From assembly GCA_009103225.1 (NCBI GenBank), contig RHPI01002402.1, positions 434,001 to 498,000 of the forward strand: a stretch of 64,000 bases of DNA. The letters run 5' to 3'. Source of the DNA: Chlorokybus atmophyticus. Lineage: Eukaryota > Plantae > Mesostigma and Chlorokybus algae. The position numbers and the translations under genes are program-made. Positions within the stretch are counted from its first letter, which is position 1. The number at the start of each line of letters is the position of its first letter. Shown piece by piece: positions 11,440 to 23,616 of the stretch. A model generated the notes under the pieces. The model was not told the origin of the DNA. It did not search any database and worked only from the letters and a program-made list of their open reading frames with translations.

Positions 11440-14400
11440 CTAATTGTTGTTGTCATACTCGGCCTCGCTTTCATCACTGGCATCGCTGTTTGCCGGCAGC
11501 TTGCTTAGGCGTCGCGCATCCACAGCAGTGACATACGCAGGCACAGAGTCCAGACCCCCTGTCTGGCATTGCAGACACCTATACATCGCTCGCTCGGCGG
11601 CAGTCCTCACGTGCGGCACGCGGTCGTTAAGTCCGACCGCAATAGCGGGCCCAAGCTGAGGCAAGAAGGGTGAGATGGCTCTCTTATCTGCCTTGGCGAC
11701 GGCCTTGACTGCGCTGAGGGCTCGCCTCCTCACATCGCTGGCCTCATCTGAGAGCAAAGTTGTTATAGATGGTGCGAAGTCCGGCATCGAGCTCGTGCCT
11801 GATGTAGACAATGCCAGCTGGCTTGTGAGCAGCCTCCCAATGGCTTTGGTCCCCGTCTCGCGCACGGGGACCTTGTCGTCCGTGACTTGGGACTTTATTG
11901 CGGCCTTGGTTGGGGTCAGGAGTGATTCATCGGCAACCACCTTCGCGCCGGCGTGGCGCAGGATGGACGCCAGTGTGAGCGCATGCCCGTAGCGCAACTG
12001 CCACAGCCTCGAGCGATCGGTGGATGCGACCAACCGCACCAGACTGGCAAACGCGGCTGCATCCACATGCTGCAAAGGCCACAAAATCAGTCAGTTGCAC
12101 ATTTCGTGTTTCGTGTATGAGGTGGTTTTTTAACCAAGTCACTGTGCATAACTGTGCTGTTAGCACATGTTCATGTTTGCCGAATCCACTGGGCGTGCGT
12201 GCGTGTAAGCGCGTGTGTGTGCGTGCATGGCTGTGTTGCTCAACATGATTTGAGGCAAAGGGTACCATGGCGTATATTGCCAGCGTATGCGCTGCTGTTC
12301 TGCGCAGCTCGTCTTCTTCAGCCGATAACAGCTCCAGCAGCGGCTGCAGAACCTTCTCCAAAGCGCCCGCAGATGCTGCGCTGCCTCCATGAACCACCAC
12401 GCCACGCAACGCTGCCAGCATGGCCTCGCGCACGCCACCTTCTGATGTCTGCACACAGGAAAGTGTGTCAAACACAGTTTAATACATGCACTGCTGTACA
12501 CGACAAAGTAACAATGCAAATGTAGGCTTACCTTGATGGCCCCAATTAACTCCGATATCAGCGGGTCCACACGAGCGCTCAGCTTCATGAGTTTCCCCAA
12601 CGCACGAGCCGCGCGGCTTCGCACAGTTGAGCTGTTGTCTTGCAGACTCTTGATGAATGTGGTTTGCATCTGAGGCACAAAGGGCTTCAGGCTGACGCCT
12701 CCCTTGTCAATCATGATGGCGAGCGTCCCGAGAATGGCGCTCTTCACTGGTGACGGGAACCTGTCTCCTATGATGCGGATGAGTGGCCCCGTGATGGGAA
12801 TCACGAAAGGCTTCAGCGTCTCTTCTGATGTCACACTCACAAGCTCCCCAATGCCGTCGGCGGCTTGCTCCCTCATGTCGGGTGAACCGTTCATCAACCC
12901 CTATTGAATATCATATGCAAGTTTATCAAGAGCAAACAATGCAAACCCAACAGGCTGATGCATGTGATGCTTATAACTCACTTGTAAAAAGATCGGTAGC
13001 ATTGGCTGCAATGCTTTTGGCAGGCACAATCCCGGGACCAACACCGGCATGCCGCGTCGTTTGCGTCGCTCCTTGTCGCGCGCCGTGGACACGGCGTCCC
13101 GCACGCATCGGGTATAAGTGGGAAGCTCCTCCTTCGGGATGCCTCCCGTGACGGCCCCGAGTGCACCCACTGCGCTCGTCAACAGGTCCTTGTTTGCATC
13201 GTTGAACAACCCAACGATCGCCGTGATGAGGTACGTGACGTTGTCTTCGAGGTCCAGGTCGGTTTGCTTCGCTGCATGAGCGATCAAGTGCAGCGCAGCT
13301 ATCCTCACCGCAACCTGCGCATACACAACATGTTGTCACACAGTACGATAACCACATTGCACTCATGCGTACACACATGATGCCTTGCATAACATACTTG
13401 TGAATCGGTGAGCGCCTTGAGCAACTCATCCATCAGCAAGCCAACACCCTCCTGCTCGACAGAGGACACGACCTTCTCCGCAGCCTCCGTTGCGGCTTCC
13501 TTCGTTTCTAGGTTGCCCATGCTCTCAAGCAAAGGTGGCAGCACCATCGACAAGTGCACATGCATGCCCTCGCCAGCAACCTCCGCCAAAACACCCAACG
13601 CCCTCGCATAGAATGAACTGCAAGCACACAACGTAGTCTGTGACACATGTAAGATGTTTGGGCAAATAGTGTGACTGAACATGACTCTACATGACAGTTA
13701 AAGACTTGCTTGCGGGGGACATATTCAAGCAAGTGCCAAAGTACACGACAGCTGGAAACGTGCAGTACCTAATAGGTGACTGAACCAGTTTTGGCAAGAT
13801 ATGGGGCAGAACAGCTGCCGATCGCACAGTCAAGATGGTCTTGAGTCCTTCCAATGCGTTCGTTGATATCTCCTCCACTTCCAACGCTTCAAGAAGCGAA
13901 GGCACGATCTCGTCGATCACTTGCATGCCGCCGTTTTTGTACAGAGTGTTGAACGCCTCGGACGCCGCCTCGCGCACTTCTGGTGAGGGGTCACACAGGG
14001 CTTGGCGAACGGTTGGGATGAGGTCACTCATATAAGAGACGAGGGTCTGTCGACCTGCCGACGCCATGACCTCGCTGAGGCCAAAACAGACGCCCTGCCG
14101 GGTCGTCGCGCTCTCGTCCTGCAGGTCCTTCTGCAGAATGGGGATGATTGCAGGAAGCACGCGCTCACCGAGCTTGCGCACAAGCTCACCCAACGCTCGG
14201 CCCGCCATCTGCAACACAACATACATAAACCCAACTACGATCTTAAAACATGTAAGAAACCAACCACACCAACAAAACCTTACCAGGCGTCTTTCTGAAG
14301 ACGAGGACCCGAGCGAGTCAATCATCATCTTCATCAAGGTTGGCAAAATCTCCTTCAGCGTGCGCGGCGTGTTCGCCACGATGGTCTTCCAGACATGAAG

Positions 14401-17400
14401 CGCTGACTGGCGGACCACCAGACTAACGTCGGACCTGCAAGTGTACAGCGCCGCGAGCACCTCGTCACGCTTGTCTCTCCCGAGCGCCAGCAGAATAGCG
14501 CGGCCCTGCGCCTCCGTGCTGGCGCCCTCGTCATCACTGCCGTGACCTTCAACCATAGCCTTCCCACTTGTACCGGCAACCTACAGTAACAGACTCAGTG
14601 TTCTTGCACGCTAATTCAACGCCAAATATTTGTACAGGTAAATGTATTTGACTAGTAGTTCTTGCCTTGAAGAGAAGGTCACCAAGGAGTTCCACCGAGC
14701 TCTGCCTGATGCGCCAGTTGTCGTTGAACACGCCCTCTTCAACTGCCGGTAGCAGCAGCGGCAGCGAGGTCTCCGCAAACTGCTCGACAAACTGCCGGCC
14801 GGCCGCGAGGGCCGCATCTCTCACCATCTCACTCTCGTCCGCCAGGCCATCAAGGATAGCGGGCAATACCTGAGGAGAAGCAGCAGAATTTGACCATAAA
14901 CCAACATAAAATCTTACCTACATGGACCTTCATTGCACAAAAGGACATGTCACCCTGACCTGGCCAAGGTATTGCTGGAAGACATCGCCGAAAGCAGTGG
15001 GTAAGAACTTGAAGAGGCCGAGGTATCCGTCCCGCACGTTGACATTCTTGTGCGAGCAGTTTGACAGTATCTCCGGCAGCAAGCGCTCGAAGTTCTCCCT
15101 GCCGAGCACAGCCAACACTTCGCTGAGGCCCTGGGCGGCGCCGGAGCGTTCCACGTTGGACCCGTCTGAACAGAGCACTTCCAGCAGCCACGGCACGAGG
15201 TCGGGGAAGTGCTCTTGGCCCATGCCCTGAAGCAGAGACCCAAAAGCCTTGGCGCATATTCCTCGAACATCTGGGTTGGGGTCGATCAGGACCTGCGGAC
15301 ACCCATTAACGCAATTGGCGTTATTGACCTAACTACTAAATCAGCGGCTAGAAAGTTATGGGGAATCATACAGTGGATGAATGTCAGTTTTGGACCATAA
15401 ACTTTTGTGGTAAAGGCTGCGGAGAGAGTGTGCACGTGTACGCCTATGCGTGCGTGTGCTCTATGTGTATACAAAAAATTCTGTATGCGCTCGCGCGCAC
15501 ATGTACGCATGTACAAGCAAGCAGGCGAGTGTGAATATAACTGTGCGTGATGGATGGGGGGGCTTAGCAAAGTTGTACCTTGCGGAGCTCAGGGATCACA
15601 AGGTCGAGGTAGGGGACCATGTCCTTAGGCTCAGTGATGAGGCTGCACATGTTGCCAACAATCTGCGCTGCCTTCTTCTTGGTCTCCGTGCTGCGCTCCC
15701 GCAGTCCTCGGTGCACAATGGGCACCAGAAGCGCCAGCGACGGCGCGTCCACACTGTTGGAGAACGTGGTGGACAGCAGCATGTCGAGCGCGGTGCGCGT
15801 GTTGTTGTTGGGATCAGCGATGGCTACCAGCAGCACGGGCGTCAGGGAGGCAATCTCGGGGTTACGGATGACGCTGCCGACTTGCTGCAGCGCCAGCTGC
15901 GCGGCGGACTGCACTTTTGGATGTGTGTCTGTAAGCGTCTCGCTCAGACGTGGCACGATCAGCGGCAAGCAGGATGACAGCTGGCGCGGGGCACAGAAAG
16001 CCATGGCACCCAGCAGCTGCACACTGCCTTGCTTTGTCCGCCACAACCTGCACACAATGACACAACTCAAAAATCTGCTTTGACATACACTTGTCAACAG
16101 CAAGTACACAACCCAACTTACTTGTCTTCAAGACCCTTGAGCAAAGCGGGGAGAATGAGCTTCACGCCTTGACCGGAGAGGTTAGCCATAATCGCACGAG
16201 CAGCAGACTCTGCAGCGTCGCGCACGCCAGACATGGCATCTGAGAAGCACGTTAGAAGGATTGGTAGAATGTGGATGATGTATGGCTCGAAGAGCCTGCC
16301 GAGCTTGTCGCAGAGGCTCTCAAAAGCGAACAGCGCGCCCTCTCGAGAGCGCGGGTCTGCGCGGTCTTCTGCGCCAGCTTTCAATCGATTCATGATCCCG
16401 TATTTCTTCAAACTTGATATGCCGAGGCCCTTCACAACACCCGCCAAGCCGTACGCTCCGCCCTTTCGCTCGGCGTATCGGTCACTCTTCATCAACTTCT
16501 GCAGCAGCTGCTCAACGATGGGCGCCACATCACTCTGCAGTGAGGCACAAGCCACTTAGCTTTACAACAAGGAGAAGTTCATGTGGTTGTATATGTAAAG
16601 TTGTAGAAATGTAGTAGCTATGCGTACACACACGCACACACACACCTGAAGAGCAGGTACTAGCGGGGGAAGGCAGCCTGAGACTGCACGTTGAACAGTT
16701 TCTGAGGGAGTGTTGAGCACTTCGAGCAACCGGTCCACTATGTTTGTCACCTTCTGAGCGTCGTGTACAAGATGCCGGGCCAGCGCACCCAAGAACACGA
16801 CAACACCCTCCCTGACGAGGTCATACCTGCATCATGAAACGCTTAACACGACAGCACATTTTTGCATTAACTAAGGTCTTCAATAAGTACTACTTACTGT
16901 TTCTCATCCACCGCCTTCTTGTCCAGGTAGTTCTCGAAGATGGGCAGCAACAGCGCCATGTTTTCTTTGCCATGCACGGTTATCATGGCAACACCAGCCT
17001 CCACCATCTTACCCCTTACTTCTGCATTCTTATCAGACTGCACGACAATGACATCAACTAATCAAAGTCTACTCCAAAGCTACAACTTCCATGCAGAGCG
17101 TCTCAGTTAAAATCTGAATGAAGCAGCATTGGACATAATACGATGTGTGTGCTTACCAATGCACGTGACATGAGGAAGGTTGCGACAACAGGGAGTTCAC
17201 GTTGTGTGAGCGCCTCAGCCGCAGCGGTGAGCGTGAGCGCGACGCCCTCGCGCGCCTCCCACGTGTCCGGTGGTGGCGGGGGGGGTTTCAACCCAAAGCC
17301 GAACTCACCGGGCTTTGCTGGTGGTGGGGGTGGCAGCGGGCAGTTTTTTATGTAGAGGCCAAACAGGGCGGCGAGCGTCTCCTGCACTGTGCTTGGGTAG

Positions 17401-20400
17401 TCCCGCATGGCCGCAGCGATGGCTTTGCTCGCGGCCTGCCGCACGTTCTCATGCTTGTGAGACAACAGAGTCACGAGCTCCTCGCCGTAGCGCTCGCCCA
17501 AGTCGTTGTTGTACTGATCGAAGAGCGCCTCCGCTGCCTCCTGGTTTGCCTCCTCTGGATCGTAGCAAGCCATCCAAAGCATGGCTGATATGCGCTGATC
17601 ATACTGCGCCGTGCCAGACACCAGCGTCGGGATGGAAGGCAAAGCCGCAAGGCATGCTGCTCGAACATGCCGATGCTCAGATAGCAGTCCAGCCAACGCC
17701 TGTTGAGTGCACAACAAAAGTCAGTTGCACATAACGCATGTACTCAACAACCAGTAGTACAACCTGTGACTTACTGCGTCTGCTTGGTCGATGTGGAGAC
17801 CAGTGCAGAGCTGCTTGAGCATGGTGAGCACTTGCTCCTGGTGCAGTGTGGGGTTGCAGCCATGCACGTAGTACAGGGCTGCCAGCATTTGTTGGCGAGG
17901 GACGGCGGTTTCAGGTGATGTGTGAAGCGCGCAGAGGTGAAGCACCTCTTCATGCAGGCTGGTCTGCACCGGTGACAGGAGCACGTACTCTAGTATTGGG
18001 AAGATGAGGTGGAAGGTTGGCGCAGTCAGGGGGCCTTGTTGGCATGCAGTTGAGAGAGCTTCGATAGAATTCTTCACGACGCCCACTTCAGCCGCCGACT
18101 TGTGTTCGCTCGCACTTACGTCCACCTTCGACAGAGCCACGTGACGCAAGGCCGCAGCAAAAAGCGGCGCCATGGGCCGCGTGCTCGGATCGGTGCAGCT
18201 AGCGAGCTGTTCCATTGTGGCTGCCGCGTTGTCGCTAACTAGCGGTGAAGCTACGAGCGGTAAAGTGAGCTCCGCCAATGCACCGAGCTCCTTGTGAGTG
18301 AATTCTATGTTGGCTGTGGCCACGGCTCCTACGGCGTCCAGTGCAATAGCAAGCCTGCGAGCATGCGTCAATCAGCCAGTTAACCACTAGCCAAGGCATA
18401 GACCCTGCTGTATGCAGCTAACTGGAGCATGACCATACACTAAGTGGCATATCAGCTCATCGGTGGGTCATCAGACTGTGTTTAGTCCTAGTCGATGCGG
18501 GTCACTTGACTGCTGCTTCTGCCAATGACACTGTCCTATGCACAAACCTGCGGCCGATGCTTCGAACGTGTACGCGCACGGCTGCCTCCTCCTTCAACTG
18601 AGCTTCCCGCGCCTCCTGCTTGGCGTTCTTCGCCGCATCTGCCGGGGTCTTCTTGCCTCCTTTTGCAGCCTCTTTTTTGGGAGCCGCAGCGGCCGGTGCA
18701 GGTGCAGAGGGCTGAGTCAATTCATCCTCATAATCTTCATAAAGCTTGAATCGCCCTTTCGCGCGGCGCACATTGCGATTGGCCACAATTTCGGCCACGT
18801 ACACACCCTTCTCATTCGCCAGCTGGCCCGCAGGCGTGTTGAAGACGTCGAGGTCCTCGGGAGTCAACCTGTCATGCTCCGCGCGGTCTGCGAGCTCAGA
18901 CAGAACCGGCATCAACGCGGGGAACGTGTTCTCAGGGAAGTCCCTCATCGCGCTTCGCAGCGTGTTAAGAGCGGCTGTCCGCTGTGCGGGCCGCTCGCTC
19001 TGCGCTCCCTGCTCAGACACAGCCACAAAGCATAAAAGGGACGTGCCAACCTTCAGCGTGTCGAGGAAATCGCTTCCTTCTCGTCCCATCTTGTGCACAA
19101 GAGCCTGCATAATCACATGGTTTTTGGACGCAATAGTGATGTCGAGTGCATGCAAACACAACAACACGGCCATTGGCACACCTGCCATGCGGTATAGTAT
19201 GGTGCGCCCTGGTTGAGTGATGGATGATGAGCAAGTAGCATGAGGTACTGTGGGCCCCACTGCTTGGATGCAATGGATGTGGCTGCCGGTGGTGTCAAGG
19301 ATTGGAATGCGGCAGACGCTACTGATGCTGCACACACTCGCGAGCGCACACCAAACAGCGCGTCATCTTGAGTTGTGCCTTCCTCACTAACACATGCATC
19401 ACAAGAGTAAAGGAGCAGACAACAAGCAATGCGCATGGTGCTATCAGAGTGGTTGCAGTTAGCAAATGCATAAGTCAGCGGAAATGCATAAGTCAGTGCA
19501 CAACGAGCAGATGCCAGCTGGTACCTGTCAGGAAGAAAGCTTTCGCTGTCCTGAAGCCAATTGCTTAAGGCATCAAGAAGCGCGTCGGAGATGCCAAGCG
19601 AAGCTTGACCAAACTTGGCGGCAGCAGCGGTTGCTGCTTGGCGAACCTTCCACGCGGGGTGCAGCACCAATTGCACGACAAGCTGCCAACAACCATAGGA
19701 TCGGCAGCTGGCATAGTGACTGTGTCAACTCGTATGCATGCAAACGCACTCATGATCATTGCATACCTGGAACAGGCCCTGGGCTCCTTCCATATTGGCT
19801 GTCACACTGAACAAGCAGCATATAGCATCAACACCACTGCAAGTCACATGTTCGCGACACAAGTGCACAAAGTCGCATGTCGCGTGCGTGCACAGCAGTT
19901 AACAACTTACCGAGTCTGATGATGCAACAGTACAGCCTCAGTCAGCTGCACCAGAGCTAGGCAGTCTGGAAGTGTCGTCTTTGCTAGCTGCAAGCACAAA
20001 CAGCATCGCTACATTGTTGGTGCCAACCCACAGACCATAGTAACACACAAAACTATGATAGAACCTGAGACTGACCACTGCTGCTGACAAAACTGGGGAG
20101 TCCTTCTGCAGCACAGTGGCCCACACCTTCTCCTTAACAAGCCTTTCATCTGCCATCACCAGTCATAATTTTGTTGCTTGACTCGGTGCTGAGTCACACT
20201 GCCATGCTAGCAACTCATCACCTATTGAAGAGTCTGCAGAAGCCATGGTAGCCAGCGCAAGCAGCGCATACACGCCATCGATGCGAAATGCCGGCTTGGT
20301 GAAGCTGCTTTTCAACAACTGCAGCAAGGGCTCCGCGAGTTGCACCATCTGTGATCAACATGCGAGCCTAAGTAAAACATAAGTAAAACATACAGTAAGC

Positions 20401-22764
20401 CACCCACGAAAGACATCCCATATGCACACTTGCCTGTTGCGTGCACGAAATTTTTGCCTGCAGTACTTGAACAATGCAACGCAAATGGGCGCGTCGTATG
20501 TTTTCCTTGTCTTTCAAACCGGCGACGAATGTCGAAATGATGGGTGCCGAGATGTCATGGACCTTCATAAGCCATATAACTATTGCTGACATCAATGCTG
20601 TCTTGACATCATCGTTTCCTGATGAGGTTGCGAATTGAGTGCACACATGGGCTTCAACTCTGCGGTAAGCACAAGTGCAAAGCCTGGCTGCTTACCTTCA
20701 TCTTTGTACAGCGAGGCCAACAGCGTGCAAGCATCAGGAGCCACAGCAGATAGTGCTTTGGAGCTCTCGGACTCCGCAAGTGACGCAACAACACCAACTA
20801 CACCCGCGCGGTGGTACCATACCTGCAGCTTGCCCTCACTGCCTGCGCATCATACAAGTGAGCACTAATACACCTCACACGAAGACGTAGCCAAATATTC
20901 GCAACACTGAAGGATCATCCTTGCTGCCTTGCCTTGGAGGATGCGCTTTGCAGCTTCAAACATGGCCTGCACGGCGTCTGGATTGCTGCTCTGTTTCGCG
21001 AGACGCTTAGCAACAGCCAGAGCCTCTGTCCTGAGGCTGTCATCCGCGTGTCGTGCGAGCTGGAGCAGGCTCGGCAGGAGCTCTGCAGCGTCCTTGCTCA
21101 GATCTAGGCTTACGTTGGACAGGAGGGAGTTGAGGGTCGGGAGGCCGACCTCGGGTGACCGCTTCAGCGCACGCACTGCGGCCGGCAGCACAACCGAGGA
21201 GAACTCTTCGTGCGATGCTTGCTGCAGCGCAGGCGCGAAGACCGTTGTTGCAAATGCGGGAGGCCTTTCCTTGGCACCAAACACGACTTTGGCATACAAC
21301 TCCAGCATTTGCGGCTGTAACAACAACATGTCACATGTTAGCTTTGACACAACCATGTGCTGCTGTGCGCGTGCACATATCCGTGCGCATGTAGCTGTGC
21401 AGTGTACAATAGCCCACACCCAAGATATTTGAATCAGTCTGTATACCTTGACACGCTCCCATAGCTCGCCGTGTTTGCTGTCGGAGGACAGGTATTGCAG
21501 CAAGACAGCCACAAGACCGCAGCAATCCAGTGTCCATGTTGTGGAGAATGACTTTAATACGTCCACATAGGCTGCAAGCAGTGAAGGGCTCTGTGTGCAC
21601 ACGAGAGGGCAACTCAACTCTGCAGTCTCACATTGTCAAACTGCTGGTGCAAGACATAACCGCCAATACGTGCGTACCTCTTTGATGACACTAAGTAGTG
21701 TGCGCTCAGCAAAGTGCTGCACTCGCACGCTTTTATGTGAGTGTGTATAGTTGGTTGAAAGCAGGTCGGTGAGAAGCGCTGATTGTGCGGTTGCGAGCCT
21801 TGTGAAGGCCGCGCTGGAGGCGGCAATCTCTTGCCCTCGACATCGCAACACGGCGCACGACCAGCGCAGAAGCTGGTAGCGAGTCTGGTCTGAGACCGCT
21901 CTGTGGGATCTCTCAACTACTTGTATGAGCTGTGTCACAAAGGCCTTTGCAAACACAAGCTCGCGCTTTGATGCGAGCTGTATCACACGCTCAACAGCGG
22001 ATCGCGAGGCACGATCGCCGTACGTGAACAGCGTCTGAAAAATTATGCTAGAGAGCTGAACCGCCTGCTGCGCCAAAGGGAAGCCTGCAGGTGCATGGGA
22101 AGGTGTTTGAGTACCGCAGCTGACCGCTGCTCACAAGCATGCTGACTAGACTGCTGCCGGCATGCATGTCAATAACGAAAGAGCAGCTCTGTACCAAAAA
22201 TATAACTGTCTTACGGCCACAACATGTGACTGCTGGCATTGAAAAGGCTTGGGCTACGTCGTGTAAGAATTTAACTTGTAGTGCTTACGACGCAGCAACA
22301 ACATGCGCAACCAACTACTGTGCACACACACAAGAGGAGGGAGCAGCATCCAAGCGAGTCCTGTCGTACAGACAACCATGGCAGCAACTACCAGTTGCAC
22401 GTGTACGCTTGGTTTAGAAAGTTGTAAATGCAGTAAATGCACGAAGTAGAATGTTGCTCATGTAGCAATGGTAACCTGCTAGTAGAAACTGATGATTGCT
22501 ATAGCATGTTTCCGGACGTCTAGTACAAGTGCGTTGAAGGGAATGCGTGCACCCGACCATGCAGCAACCAACTGATCGCTTCGATGATCGCTTGACTGCA
22601 GTGCTACCAGATCAACACACTCTCTCACCAGGATCGTTGACAGCGGAGGTGATAGAGGTCCCAAACACCCCCTGGCGATCCTTCACCGAGGCGCTGGACG
22701 CTCTGGCGGCTGCGGTCTGCAGCACCGTCGAGCCGTCCTCGGCGCCGTTTTCCAGCTCCGACAT
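11440..22764 (-). CDS. GCN1: GCN1/ILITYHIA HEAT-repeat activator of the eIF2-alpha kinase GCN2; >20 exons
   Basis: N-terminal IFQTLFTYGDRASRSAVE, AERKGGAYGLAGVVKGLGISSLK, WRTKQGSVQLLGAMAFCAPRQLSSCLPLIVPRL, NDNWRIRQSSVELLGDLLFK-VAGTSGK, LIRIIGDRFP. Exon 1 MSELENGAEDGSTVLQTAAARASSASVKDRQGVF. Confidence 0.96.
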
Positions 22765-22897
22765 ATCCAGCTACGAGGAGGGCGGCATGAACAACAATGA
22801 CAACAGTTATAACCACCCCCTGGTCAGCTAGTTCCTCGCCACTGTCGCCGCCGCCGCCGCCACCACCACCGGCCTGGTCCCCTGGTGCTAGTCCGTG

Positions 22898-22905
22898 AAC
22901 CCTAA
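22898..22905 (-). promoter_or_regulatory. Telo-box-like AACCCTAA upstream of GCN1
   Basis: aaccctaa about 135 nt upstream of the GCN1 ATG. Confidence 0.4.
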
Positions 22906-23080
22906 TTTGCATAGGGTCCCTTGTACAAGTCACCAGTGCATAGTTACCTACACTTGCGGTTGGGCAGCTGTGAGCTTGGTGAATTCCGGTGCTCAGGCAT
23001 ACCAGGCCAAAACCTTCAAAAATGCAAGGGTCCCTGCGGGTCAGTTAAGAGCAAAAACTTGAGTTGATATGCGAAAACTA

Positions 23081-23154
23081 TGGTCCAGACAGGTCTCGAA
23101 CCTGTGACCTTCGCGTTATTAGCACGACGCTCTAACCAGCTGAGCTACAAGACC
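23081..23154 (-). tRNA. tRNA-Ile(AAT), intronless
   Basis: Reverse complement GGTCTTGTAGCTCAGCTGGTTAGAGCGTCGTGCTAATAACGCGAAGGTCACAGGTTCGAGACCTGTCTGGACCA forms a cloverleaf with A and B boxes and anticodon AAT; T4 and T5 runs follow downstream. Confidence 0.96.
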
Positions 23155-23616
23155 ATGCGATGGCAACATAGCATGTAACTGTAGTCACAAAATGTCATTC
23201 ATGGTCGACTCGAGGTTTTCAGTTGTAGTCATGTGTTGTTTTACGAACCCATTCTGGTACTGTATGTACACGACCATAGAAGGCCAAAACACGGAAACCT
23301 GCTATGCGTTGCACGCAGCTAATACCCTCAGCGTTCTTTCGCACATGCTACTTATACGAGCACCGGATGGTCATGACCAGGGCACAAGCAAAGCGTACTA
23401 GGTACGGGATATAATAGTGGCAAAGACCATGGAAACGAGTGCGTTGTTACCTGCCGTCTCCAGCACTGGTATAACATGATGCGCAGGCAGCCAGAATGCT
23501 GCGATGCCCTATGCGATACACCATACACAATCTCCAGCTCAACAACAGTCCCACACCAATCTTATTTGCACAGTCTATTAACTTATATACAATAGCCAAA
23601 AGGTGCAGCCAAACTA

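Noticed and set aside
11440-22764. Introner-like repeated introns in the intron-rich GCN1, GCP5 and MED33 genes
   Set aside because: By eye the introns share no extended sequence with each other; an all-versus-all intron alignment would be needed to exclude this fully
22547-22831. 94-aa plus-strand ORF with protein-like composition
   Set aside because: It is the antisense shadow of GCN1 exon 1 and its leader
22933-23080. tRNA-snoRNA dicistron downstream of tRNA-Ile
   Set aside because: No C/D or H/ACA box arrangement is visible, and T-runs follow the tRNA immediately
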